Assembly: GCA_937876625.1 (NCBI GenBank)
Contig: CALEGN010000311.1
Span: 3,454-67,453 of the forward strand
Length of the DNA: 64,000 nt
Direction of reading: 5' to 3'
Source of the DNA: an uncultured Pseudomonadaceae bacterium
Lineage (GTDB): Bacteria > Pseudomonadota > Gammaproteobacteria > Pseudomonadales > Pseudomonadaceae
Shown piece after piece: positions 46,846-55,964 of this stretch. A model generated the notes under the pieces. The model ran no database searches, was not told the DNA's origin, and was given only the letters and a program-made list of their open reading frames with translations. How positions within the stretch are numbered: the first letter of the stretch is position 1; each line of letters starts with the position of its first letter. The position numbers and the translations under genes are program-made.

Positions 46846-46914
46846 AGACCAGCCCGGAAGCGGAAATATCCGCCAAGGCTAATCAAAGCCGGGGCTGGCG
46901 GCCAGTGATTCCGG

Positions 46915-47235
46915 TCAGATCATCAGGATGGCCCTGGCCAGCTGCAGGTCGCTGGCCTGCTGCAGGCCGGGCAGCTGGTGCCGGATATGCCGCAGGGCGG
47001 CCTCCAGCCTGGCACCCCGCTGCTGGCCATCGCTGGCGACAAAGCGGGCGGCATCCTCCCGGGCAGCCAGGACAATCCGGTCATCGCTGAACGTTGACCG
47101 GGTCAGGTTGGTGGTGCCATTGGTCGCATCGGTCAGCCGTTCACCGGTCCAGTCGGTCATGGCGGTAAAGCTGGAAGCACTGGCCTGGAAAGCCAGCAGC
47201 CAGAAGCAGCAGGTCAGTAAACGAAACATGGGCAT
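46915..47235 (-). CDS. DUF2388 secreted protein, paralog 3
   Basis: Signal peptide and DAARFVASDGQQRGARLEAALRHIR. Confidence 0.75.
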   Translation of the reverse strand: MPMFRLLTCCFWLLAFQASASSFTAMTDWTGERLTDATNGTTNLTRSTFSDDRIVLAAREDAARFVASDGQQRGARLEAALRHIRHQLPGLQQASDLQLARAILMI

Positions 47236-47267
47236 CTCCCTGAAAGACAGAACAGTCGCTCCAGTGA

Positions 47268-48509
47268 TTATCCGGGAATTTCCGTCAGCAGTTCAGCCAG
47301 CGCCTTGCGCTCATAGTTCAGGCTGAGGGCACTGGCGGCCCGGTCATAGGCCCGGCGGGCTGACTGGCGGACCGCGGCGGCCGTTTCCGCCGAGCCATTG
47401 GCTGCTACCACAGCCAGGGTTTTCTGCAGGCGGATACCAATTTCAAACAGCCCGGCCCCATCACGGGCAATGGCATCAAAGGCCCCGCGGACCAGGCTGC
47501 TTTCTGCCAGGGGCACCAGCGTCACCCGGTCATACACCGGAATTTTTTCCGGGGCCTCCCGGGCCGACCTGACAAACACCCGGGCCTGGGCCGCCAGTAC
47601 GGCAATGGCTGTTCCGCTGTCATTGATAGCGGCCGACATGGCCCGCAGGCCAATTTCGCCCAGCACAATCAGGCCAAAGCGCGGATCCTGCTCGAATGTC
47701 CGCTCCGGCCCCACCAGAAAGGCAGTGGCAATCGCTTCCCGCAGAGCCGCATCCCGGGGCTCGCAGGCCAGAATCACCAGCGGCTGGGCCGGGTGGACAA
47801 AGGCACCCGGCCGGACCTGGATATGGCACAGGGTATCCTGTTCGCTGGCCAGCGCCTGCAGGCTCGCCAGGTCAATCCGCTGCAGATAGCCGGAGTCGCT
47901 GCCATGGACCGGCCAGCCATGCACTTCGGCCGGTGCCGGTCGGGCACCCAGAAAAGGCAGGCGCCGGTGACAGCACAGGCTCTCCGTGGCAACCCGCTCA
48001 ACCCGGATGATGGTATCGCCCATCCCACCGAGGGAGGCCAGGGTCTGAATCCAGCGCAGCAGGGAAATCACTACCCACGCCATGACCAGCAGGGTACAGG
48101 CCAGCAGGACAAAACGGCCGGAAGTGCCATAATAATCAAGCCCCAGGGCAATCAGGGAAATAATTGAATAGATAAAGGCCGCAATAAAGCTGGCAATGGC
48201 CGACTGAGCCGTATCGTCCGCCATCATCAGGCTGATGGCCCGGGGAGTGGCCGCCATGGAGGCCGAAGAAAAAGCACCAACCAGCACCGACAGGGAAAAG
48301 GTGGCAATGGTCAGCATGCTGGAGGCCATGATGGTCAGCAGGTTTTGCAGGGTACCCTGGTCAATTTCCGGGACCCTGGTGTGCGGCACATAGGCATTGG
48401 CCAGCGTGGCCAGCAGGGTTGCCACGGTGGCAATACCACTCCAGAGCGCCGGCCGGAACCACAGCTGGCCACTCAGTCGTGCCAGCCAGACTCTGAGCCT
48501 GAAATTCAT
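47268..48509 (-). CDS. DUF2254-type integral membrane protein
   Basis: Four N-terminal TM segments followed by a soluble C-terminal domain. 413 aa. Family call is from overall pattern only. Confidence 0.65.
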   Translation of the reverse strand: MNFRLRVWLARLSGQLWFRPALWSGIATVATLLATLANAYVPHTRVPEIDQGTLQNLLTIMASSMLTIATFSLSVLVGAFSSASMAATPRAISLMMADDTAQSAIASFIAAFIYSIISLIALGLDYYGTSGRFVLLACTLLVMAWVVISLLRWIQTLASLGGMGDTIIRVERVATESLCCHRRLPFLGARPAPAEVHGWPVHGSDSGYLQRIDLASLQALASEQDTLCHIQVRPGAFVHPAQPLVILACEPRDAALREAIATAFLVGPERTFEQDPRFGLIVLGEIGLRAMSAAINDSGTAIAVLAAQARVFVRSAREAPEKIPVYDRVTLVPLAESSLVRGAFDAIARDGAGLFEIGIRLQKTLAVVAANGSAETAAAVRQSARRAYDRAASALSLNYERKALAELLTEIPG

Positions 48510-48624
48510 CGGTCCTGTCCAGCCTCCTGCCCGGGCCTGAAAATGGCTGGACAGTCTGGCTTTTTTGCCAGCACCAGACCAGCAGCGGGATACGTACGCT
48601 GTTTGTCCCGGCAGGTCAGAAAGC

Positions 48625-49821
48625 CTAGCCGGAAAGACGGGTCGAGAACTGGCCTACCGCATTGACAACCCGCTTGGCGCCTTCCTGGATTTCGACAATC
48701 ACCTTGCCGGCCTCGCCCGCCAGGTTAAAGCCTTCCTCGGCCTTGGTCTTGCCACACTCCATCACCGCTACGGCCTCGCTGGCCAGTTTCTGGTTCTGCT
48801 GGACCACATCGACAATTTCTTTGGTGGCACCGGTTGTCCGCGAAGCCAGCTGCCGGACCTCATCGGCCACCACGGCGAATCCCCGCCCCTGCTCACCGGC
48901 CCGGGCCGCTTCGATGGCCGCGTTCAGGGCCAGCAGATTGGTCTGCTCGGCGATGCCGCTGATGGTCTTGATGATCGAGCTGATCACCTGGGACTGGTTA
49001 TCCAGTGCAGAAATACTCTCTGCGGCATTACGCATGTACTCCGTCATTTCCTGCATGACACTGATCGTCTGCCGGATAACCTCAGCCCCCCGCCGGGCAC
49101 TGTCGTCAGTCTGCTGTGATGTGCTGTAGGCAATGCTGGCTGCCTGGGCCACCGCCTGTTCCTGATTGATCTGGTCAGTGATGACCGTGGCGAACTTGAT
49201 GACCTTGTAAAGCCGGTCCTGGGCATCAAAAACCGGATTATAGGAAGCCTCCAGCCAGACGGGCTGACCATGGCTGTCCACCCGTTTGAAACGCCCCGCA
49301 ACATACTGGCCCTGCCGGAGCTGCTTCCAGAAGTCCTGGTAAGCGGGGGCATTGTATTCGTCAGGGGTACAGAATATCCGGTGATGCTTGCCCTTGATCT
49401 GATCCAGCCGGTAGCCCATGGCCTGAAGAAAACGCTCGTTGGCGCTGAGAACCTCGCCCTCCAGGTTGAACTCAATCACCGCCGTGGAGCGCATCAGGGC
49501 ATGGATAATGCCTTCGTTCTCCCGGGAGTTTTCAATGGTCCGGGTCAGGTTACTGGCATAGATCAGAAAACCGGTCAGCTGGTTATGGGCATCCCGGATC
49601 GGCTGCAGGATGGAGCGCAGCCAGGTCTCCCGGCCCTCACCATTCAGCAGACGGATCACCCCACTGAAGTGCTGGCCCTGACGCAGGGCCGTTATGGCCC
49701 GCTGATGCACCTCGATGCTCTTGACATGTTCCGGAATCAGCGACTCCAAGGGACGGCCCGTTACATTGGCGGCGGTGTACAGCACTTCGTTCTCGAATGC
49801 CCGCAATCCGCCCCTGGGCAT
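48625..49821 (-). CDS. Soluble PAS-PAS methyl-accepting chemotaxis protein (BdlA-like); the N-terminal ~40 codons appear to lie in another frame (49822-49930)
   Basis: Two PAS domains plus an MCP signalling domain ([37 protein letters not shown]). No TM segment. See the frameshift finding. Confidence 0.8.
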   Translation of the reverse strand: MPRGGLRAFENEVLYTAANVTGRPLESLIPEHVKSIEVHQRAITALRQGQHFSGVIRLLNGEGRETWLRSILQPIRDAHNQLTGFLIYASNLTRTIENSRENEGIIHALMRSTAVIEFNLEGEVLSANERFLQAMGYRLDQIKGKHHRIFCTPDEYNAPAYQDFWKQLRQGQYVAGRFKRVDSHGQPVWLEASYNPVFDAQDRLYKVIKFATVITDQINQEQAVAQAASIAYSTSQQTDDSARRGAEVIRQTISVMQEMTEYMRNAAESISALDNQSQVISSIIKTISGIAEQTNLLALNAAIEAARAGEQGRGFAVVADEVRQLASRTTGATKEIVDVVQQNQKLASEAVAVMECGKTKAEEGFNLAGEAGKVIVEIQEGAKRVVNAVGQFSTRLSG

Positions 49822-50036
49822 CCAGCTGGATAAAAATCATCTCGCTGTCCAGGCAGGATTTGGCCTGATTGATCATGGACAGCTTTTCTTTCAGCTCGGC
49901 ATTTTCTTGTTTCAGGCGATGGTTGAACATGGAAGTGTCCTGCAGAAGACGGGGCTCACAGCCTGTTTATCGTGACAGTACCCGAATTCTTTAACCAGCC
50001 CCGGCCGGGAGTAAAACCGGCCTGGCACACAGGGCG

Positions 50037-51167
50037 TTACAGGACACGGCTCCCCGGAGTAATGGCAGCAATTGCCAGCGCCTTCCGGCGGCGCAGCAGG
50101 CGCACAATCTGCCGGGACACCAGGCTGGCCAGCAGGATGACACTGAACAGGCGCAGGGTCTGCATGGCCAGGACCAGACCGGTATCTGCCTGGATATCCA
50201 TGGCCATAATGGCCATGGAGTCCAGCCCGCCAGGACTGGTGGCCAGATAGACTGACAGGAAATCCTTGTCCATCTGCCGGGCCAGTAGCCAGGCCGAGGC
50301 GGCACAGAGCGCAATCAGCACCAGGCTACCAAGCAGAATACCGGGCAACCGGCTCCAGACATAACGGACCGTAGCCCGGTCAAAACGCAGGCCAACGTAA
50401 CTGCCCAATATGCTATAAGCCAGGGCCAGCAGCCAGTCCGGAAGACTGATCTGCAACACTCCCAGCAACTGCAGGGCCGCCCCTGACAGCATGGGCAATA
50501 GCAATGTCCCCGCCGGAAGATGTGGACCGGCTCGCAGCCCAATAAAAATAATACCCATCATCAGCAGCAAACCCGGGAGGCTGGCTGGCTCGGGCCGGAT
50601 GACCGCAGCGCCCTGCAACAGGGCATCTCCCCCGAATAGCTGGCTGACCAGAGCCCCCAGCACCACCACACAGATAACCCGGACATACTGCATGGTGGTC
50701 ACAGAGCGAACGTCAGCACCGTATTCCTCCGCCAGCAGCACCATTGCCGAGGCGGCACCGGGTGCCATGCCACACAGGGCGGTCAATACCGGAATCCGGC
50801 CCAGCCAGGCCAGACCGGCACCAACAATCAGGCTGAAACCTAGCGTAAGAGCCGTCGCCATCAGAATCAGGCCAAAACTCTGCCAAAGTGTGGCCAGCAC
50901 AGCTACACTGGCCGAATGGGCCAGCAGCAGTCCTACACAGCTTTGGCTAAAATGAAAAGCTGATCGGGGAATCCTGATCTGCATGCCCTGCACACCCCAG
51001 ACGATTGCCAGTAGCATCGGCCCAAGAAAGCGGGCAGCCGGCAGCCCAAACCAGGCCAGCGCCTGTCCGGAAGCTATCGCACCTGTTACCAGTAGCAGCC
51101 ATTGCAATGCTGCGGGCCAGCAACTCAGGACAGGAAAAGGGAAAAGTATCAAAGAAAAACACTCCAC
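50037..51167 (-). CDS. AbrB-duplication family membrane protein (putative transporter/regulator)
   Basis: About 10 TM segments with internal duplication. GLPAARFLGPMLL motif typical of the membrane AbrB (PF05145-like) family. GTG start uncertain. Confidence 0.7.
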   Translation of the reverse strand: MECFSLILFPFPVLSCWPAALQWLLLVTGAIASGQALAWFGLPAARFLGPMLLAIVWGVQGMQIRIPRSAFHFSQSCVGLLLAHSASVAVLATLWQSFGLILMATALTLGFSLIVGAGLAWLGRIPVLTALCGMAPGAASAMVLLAEEYGADVRSVTTMQYVRVICVVVLGALVSQLFGGDALLQGAAVIRPEPASLPGLLLMMGIIFIGLRAGPHLPAGTLLLPMLSGAALQLLGVLQISLPDWLLALAYSILGSYVGLRFDRATVRYVWSRLPGILLGSLVLIALCAASAWLLARQMDKDFLSVYLATSPGGLDSMAIMAMDIQADTGLVLAMQTLRLFSVILLASLVSRQIVRLLRRRKALAIAAITPGSRVL

Positions 51168-51264
51168 GAGGCAGTGCTACCTCAGAGTACATCAGAATAA
51201 TGTTCGTTCATTCATCAAGTCCATTTTATAATTGGCATGGATCAATAACTTCTGGGTATTGATT

Positions 51265-52173
51265 ATGGATCTTCGGGATCTGGCCTATTTCGAAACCATT
51301 GCTGAGCTGGGGCATGTCGGGCGGGCTGCCGAGCGGCTCAACCGCAGCCAGCCCGCGCTGAGCAAGAGCATCCAGCGCCTGGAAAACGCCCTGGGGGCCC
51401 GGCTGTTTGAACGGGATGGCCGGGGTATCCGCCTGACGGCCGTGGGCCAGCTGTTGCTGGCCAGGGGCCGCCAGCTGCAACAGACCATTGCCGAGACCGA
51501 ACAGGAAATCCGCGATTTTGCCAGTGGAGCCCTGGGCCATGTGCGGCTGGGCTGTGCGGCCAGCATGGCAGAGTACCTGCTGCCACAGCTGACAGTAGAA
51601 CTGCTGCAGCAGAGTCCGGAAATTACCCTGGGACTGGTGATTGGCCAGGACAACATGCTCAAGGAGTCCCTGTGCAGTGGCCAGCTGGACATGATCATCT
51701 GTCCGATGCTGGCCCGTGATCCCGGCCTGACCAGTTACAGCGTGCTGGACGATGAAATGGTGGTGGTCGCCAGCCGCCAGCATCTGCTATTCCGGGAGAA
51801 CAACAATGTCCGCCTTGAGCAGCTCGGCCAGTACCGCTGGATACTGCCCGGAACAGGTGTTTCTGCCCGGCGCTGGCTGGACAGCGTTTTTCTGGCCCGA
51901 CAGCTGCCGGCGCCCAGGGTGCAGATCGAGACCAATTCCATTTCCCTGCTGCCCCGGCTGATTGCCACCACCAGCCTGCTCAGCTTTCTGGCCCGGGAGA
52001 CCCTGGAGTGCGGCCATGGCATGATCCGGCTGCGGGAGGTGCCCCTGGAGGAAACCCTGCTGCGCCGGACCATCGGCGTTTCGGTACGGGCCGGCAGCTA
52101 CCTGTCACCGGCCGCCCGGCAGCTGCTGGACCTGGTCAAACACAATGGCCAGCGTTTTTTCAGCTCCCTGTAA
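51265..52173 (+). CDS. LysR-family transcriptional regulator
   Basis: MDLRDLAYFETIAELGHVGRAAERLNRSQPALSKSIQRLE HTH followed by a substrate-binding domain. Divergent from the AbrB-family membrane gene. Confidence 0.88.
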   Translation: MDLRDLAYFETIAELGHVGRAAERLNRSQPALSKSIQRLENALGARLFERDGRGIRLTAVGQLLLARGRQLQQTIAETEQEIRDFASGALGHVRLGCAASMAEYLLPQLTVELLQQSPEITLGLVIGQDNMLKESLCSGQLDMIICPMLARDPGLTSYSVLDDEMVVVASRQHLLFRENNNVRLEQLGQYRWILPGTGVSARRWLDSVFLARQLPAPRVQIETNSISLLPRLIATTSLLSFLARETLECGHGMIRLREVPLEETLLRRTIGVSVRAGSYLSPAARQLLDLVKHNGQRFFSSL

Positions 52174-52181
52174 CCCGGAAA

Positions 52182-52934
52182 TTACTGGCCCGGAATTTCC
52201 TTGCGCAGCTTGACCGGCTCGGCGGCCGCCTCGCCCTTGCGCCGGGCCATGGCCGTCCGCATGCGGATATTGACCATTTCCACCGCCAGCGAAAACGCCA
52301 TGGCGAAATAGACATACCCCTTGGGTACATGCACACCAAAGCTGTCGGCAATCAGCACGGTACCCACCACGATCAGGAAGGACAGAGCCAGCATTTTCAG
52401 GCTGGGGTGACGGTCAATAAACTCACTGATGGCTCCCGAGGCCCACATCATCACCAGCACCGCCACGATAATGGCTGCAATCATGACCGGCAGGTTGGAC
52501 ACCATGCCCACCGCAGTAATCACCGAGTCCAGCGAGAACACGATATCAATGATGGCAATCTGGATAATGGTGGCCAGAAAACCGCCCCGTCCTTTGGGTT
52601 CCTCGCCGGTTTCATCCTCACCTTCCAGCCCCTGATAGATTTCCGAGCTGCTTTTCCACAGCAGGAACAGGCCCCCCCCCAGCAGGATCAGATCCCGTCC
52701 GGAGAAGCCCTTGCCCCAGAGGCTGAACAGCTCGGCAGTCAGCTGCATGATCCAGCTGATGGACAGCAGCAGCAGGATCCGGGTCACCATGGCCAGCGCC
52801 AGCCCGAACAGCCGGGTACGCTTCTGCTCGCTTCTGGGCATGCGCCCGACCAGAATCGAGATCATGATGATGTTGTCGATCCCCAGCACGATTTCAAGAA
52901 CCGTCAGGGTCAGAAAGGCAATCAGCCACTCCAT
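52182..52934 (-). CDS. TerC-family integral membrane protein
   Basis: MEWLIAFLTLTVLEIVLGIDNIIMISIL, plus a second IDIVFSLDSVITAVGM repeat. Start at ATG 52934. Confidence 0.85.
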   Translation of the reverse strand: MEWLIAFLTLTVLEIVLGIDNIIMISILVGRMPRSEQKRTRLFGLALAMVTRILLLLSISWIMQLTAELFSLWGKGFSGRDLILLGGGLFLLWKSSSEIYQGLEGEDETGEEPKGRGGFLATIIQIAIIDIVFSLDSVITAVGMVSNLPVMIAAIIVAVLVMMWASGAISEFIDRHPSLKMLALSFLIVVGTVLIADSFGVHVPKGYVYFAMAFSLAVEMVNIRMRTAMARRKGEAAAEPVKLRKEIPGQ

Positions 52935-53071
52935 AGGGTTTCCTTTACAAAAGTCATTGATCTGCCCATTGCCAGCACCTGAAACACAGGCCTGTTCCGG
53001 GCGGGGCATAGTATCCCGGGGCCGGCTTGCGCTAGGCTTCAGCAATACCCCGTCTCAAAAAAGAGAGCACC

Positions 53072-53512
53072 ATGAGCACAGCATTCACCAAAACCGTTAC
53101 CTTTTACGAAAAACCGGGCTGTGCGGGCAACCGCCGGCAGAAAACCCTGCTGCAGGAGCATGGCATTGCCCTGGAGGTCCGGGATATGGCCAAAGAGCAC
53201 TGGACCCGGGAAAAGCTGGAGGCCTTTTTCGGTGACCGGCCGAATGAAGCCATCGTGAATACCTCCTCCCCGCTGATCAAGTCTGGCGAACTGGACCCCG
53301 CCGCGCTCAGCCGCGACGAGCTGATTGCCCGGATGCTGGAAGCCCCGCTGCTGATCAAGCGGCCGCTGATCCAGTATGGTGAAACTAGGGTGCTGGGCTT
53401 TGATATTCCCCGGCTGAACCAGCTGCTGGGCATCGAGATGCCGGTTCCGGAAAATATCAACAGCTGCCAGGCCAATGACCGCTGCTCCGGACATGCCCGC
53501 CAGAAGGCCTGA
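53072..53512 (+). CDS. ArsC/Spx-family thioredoxin-fold protein
   Basis: TFYEKPGCAGNRRQKTLLQEHGI...LLIKRPLI pattern of the ArsC/YffB family. Confidence 0.75.
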   Translation: MSTAFTKTVTFYEKPGCAGNRRQKTLLQEHGIALEVRDMAKEHWTREKLEAFFGDRPNEAIVNTSSPLIKSGELDPAALSRDELIARMLEAPLLIKRPLIQYGETRVLGFDIPRLNQLLGIEMPVPENINSCQANDRCSGHARQKA

Positions 53513-53533
53513 CTGCCCGTTCTGGCCCGGAGC

Positions 53534-53869
53534 TCAGTTATCCCAGTTATAACCTTCCTTGCCCATGCGCCGGGTCAGCTGCTGGTTACGGCGGTCATCC
53601 GGCTTGCCCACCACTACAATGGATGATGGACTATTCCGGCTGCTGCGGGCCGGATCAGCCAGACGCACGCTGCTTTTCTGGCCGCCAGGTTTTGGGTTGT
53701 AGGCCTCTATGGCATCACCTACCGCCCGGCTGCCCGGACAGCCATACTGGGTAAAGAACACCTGGTTCCGGGCATCAATACACTTGAATGCGGTCTGGGC
53801 CTGCACCGGCAGGGCGACGGTCGCCAGCAGGACCAGTCCAGCCCTCCGCGACATCTGGAAACGGCTCAT
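53534..53869 (-). CDS. Small secreted protein (DUF4124-like)
   Basis: Signal peptide ...LLATVALPVQAQ, then FKCIDARNQVFFTQYGCPG. Start at ATG 53869. Confidence 0.5.
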   Translation of the reverse strand: MSRFQMSRRAGLVLLATVALPVQAQTAFKCIDARNQVFFTQYGCPGSRAVGDAIEAYNPKPGGQKSSVRLADPARSSRNSPSSIVVVGKPDDRRNQQLTRRMGKEGYNWDN

Positions 53870-54084
53870 CGGATGCTCCACATTCTGGATGGTTGCCCGA
53901 TACGCTAGCATACTTGTCCACCTGACGTGGGGACTGCCGGATGGCCCGGCAGCCTGGACCTGCCGGACAGCCACCGCCAGCTGCCCACAGAGTTATCCAC
54001 AGAAAACCGGCTCCTTTCTGCCAGAAACCGGCCGGGATGCCACCCTCACTGACTGCACGGCCCGGCGGCCGGGGAAACTGAACA

Positions 54085-54492
54085 ATGGATGAAGTGATTG
54101 ACCAGCTGCGTGAGCTGAACCAGCCTGTTCCGGTGCCTCTGGAACTGCCCGACGAGGACCTGCTGGTCGAAATCGAGGAGGAACTGCTGATCGGCCTGCC
54201 ACCGGAGCTGCGGGATTTCCTGCTGCAGGTCAGCGACGTGATTTATGGCCGGCTGGAACCGGTCACCGTCACGGATCCCCAGCTGCATACCCACCTGCCC
54301 GAGCTGGCCGCCAATGCCTGGAATGCGGGTGTTCCCCGGGATCTGCTGCCCCTGTGCCAGGACGGTAACAACTACTATCTGGTAGATGCTGACAACCAGG
54401 TACTGTACTGGGATGCCGAAAGCGGTGAACTGACCGACGAGGGCTGGGAATCGGTCTGGCTGTGGGCCCGGGATGTCTGGCTGGCCAGCTGA
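54085..54492 (+). CDS. SMI1/KNR4 (SUKH) family protein
   Basis: Acidic 135-aa protein: ...IEEELLIGLPPELRDFLLQVSD...LLPLCQDGNNYYLVD... is a typical SUKH-1 pattern. Confidence 0.7.
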   Translation: MDEVIDQLRELNQPVPVPLELPDEDLLVEIEEELLIGLPPELRDFLLQVSDVIYGRLEPVTVTDPQLHTHLPELAANAWNAGVPRDLLPLCQDGNNYYLVDADNQVLYWDAESGELTDEGWESVWLWARDVWLAS

Positions 54493-54498
54493 GCAGAT

Positions 54499-55464
54499 TC
54501 AGCCGGCCAGACAGCCACGCAGACGGGCCGTCAGCTGCGGAGCCTCCGGAGGCTGTGGGCCAATCAGCTCCAGCCGTGAATCCCACCGCCACTCCGAGGG
54601 GCTCCAGCCGGAGGCCGGCTGCCCGGCCAGCCGGTTGGCAGAAACCCAGCCCGCTGCTGTCCGGACAATCAGCTTGGCCCGCTGCCACGGCCAGCTGCCC
54701 AGCCACTGCTCCAGAGCATCCAGCCGGAAGCAGCACGCCGGTGCCCAGCGCCAGCCAATGCTCCAGTGCAGGCCATCGGCCCGCACCTCGCAGAAGGGCT
54801 GGTCTGCGGCCCGCCAGACTGCCGGCAGGACCGGCGTATCAGCCACTACCAGCGTATCCGGAGCCACTCCGGGCCGCGCTGTCTGCTCCGGCAGGCAGGC
54901 CAGATCCAGCTGGCCCTGACTGGTCCAGACCAGCGGCCGTCCGCCCAGCGCCGGCACAAGGGCCTGTCGTGCCTGCCGGGACAGCCCCTCACTTTTGTTC
55001 AGCACCACCAGACCGGCCCGGGGCAACAGAGCCTGCTGGTCCGCCGGAATCAGCGTGCCACGGGCCAGGACCATGGCATCCAGTACCATGACCAGTGGCT
55101 GCACCTGCAGCACCTCCCGCCAGGGAGGCTGCCCCAGCTGCCGCAGCAGCGGTTCCGGATGCCCCAGGCCGGAAAGCTCAATCAGCAGGCGGTCGGGCCG
55201 TGACTGGCGCAGCAGCCGCCCCAGACTGACCTGAAAGGCCGGGCCCGTGGCGCAGCACAGGCAGCCTCCAGCTACCTCGGCCAGAGCCACTGACGGATCT
55301 GCCGGAGACAGCAGGGCCGCATCCAGCCCCATGGCGCCAAATTCATTGACCAGTACGGCCCAGCGCTCACCGGCCGGCTTCTGCAACAGCAGCTGGCGAA
55401 GCAGGCTGGTTTTGCCCGCCCCCAGAGAACCGGTAATCACATGGGCCGGAATCGCGTTTAACAT
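54499..55464 (-). CDS. COG0523 (CobW/YjiA/ZigA-type) metal-chaperone GTPase
   Basis: MLNAIPAHVITGSLGAGKTSLL P-loop, GCLCC metal motif, ELSGLGHP. The track ORF extends upstream to 55827, but homology begins at ATG 55464. Confidence 0.85.
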   Translation of the reverse strand: MLNAIPAHVITGSLGAGKTSLLRQLLLQKPAGERWAVLVNEFGAMGLDAALLSPADPSVALAEVAGGCLCCATGPAFQVSLGRLLRQSRPDRLLIELSGLGHPEPLLRQLGQPPWREVLQVQPLVMVLDAMVLARGTLIPADQQALLPRAGLVVLNKSEGLSRQARQALVPALGGRPLVWTSQGQLDLACLPEQTARPGVAPDTLVVADTPVLPAVWRAADQPFCEVRADGLHWSIGWRWAPACCFRLDALEQWLGSWPWQRAKLIVRTAAGWVSANRLAGQPASGWSPSEWRWDSRLELIGPQPPEAPQLTARLRGCLAG

Positions 55465-55494
55465 GACACTCCACTCTCCTGACAGGACACACCG

Positions 55495-55848
55495 ATGCGA
55501 CTGCTGCTTGCAGGTCTTCTGCTGGGCCTGGCCGGCCTGGTCCGGGCCGAAGCCTGCCTGATTCACAGCAAGGGCCACCAGCTGGATGTGCGGATCTGCC
55601 AGCACAACCGCACCATCCCGGACAACCTGTTCCACAAGGGCTTCTGCCGGCCCCACCTGCCGGGGCAAAACGTGGAGGTCAGCTTTGCCAGCCAGTGCCC
55701 GGCCGGCTATTTTGGCGCCTGCCGGGGGGCCAGGGTCAATGGCACCACCTGGCAGCAGGACATCTATTATTACGGGGTAGCCTCTGACGCCCGTTACCTG
55801 AAACCGGCCTGCGAACGCCAGAGTCATGGCCAGTGGTTTGGCCGCTAA
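55495..55848 (+). CDS. Cys-rich secreted hypothetical protein
   Basis: Signal peptide MRLLLAGLLLGLAGLVRA, 7 Cys, 117 aa. Divergent from the COG0523 gene. Confidence 0.55.
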   Translation: MRLLLAGLLLGLAGLVRAEACLIHSKGHQLDVRICQHNRTIPDNLFHKGFCRPHLPGQNVEVSFASQCPAGYFGACRGARVNGTTWQQDIYYYGVASDARYLKPACERQSHGQWFGR

Positions 55849-55964
55849 AGAAGCCCCGGACCAGACCGATAGCGGTTCAGGCCCGCAACCCGGAGGGGCC
55901 GGCCCCCAACACCCATGCCAGAGCCTTTACCGGCGCCCGGCTCTTCTGACCATTCAGGTGTCCC

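Noticed and set aside
55465-55827. Upstream extension of the COG0523 GTPase ORF (track ORF 54499-55827).
   Set aside because: Homology (the P-loop within 15 residues of Met) starts at ATG 55464. The extension overlaps the opposite-strand secreted-protein gene at 55495-55848.
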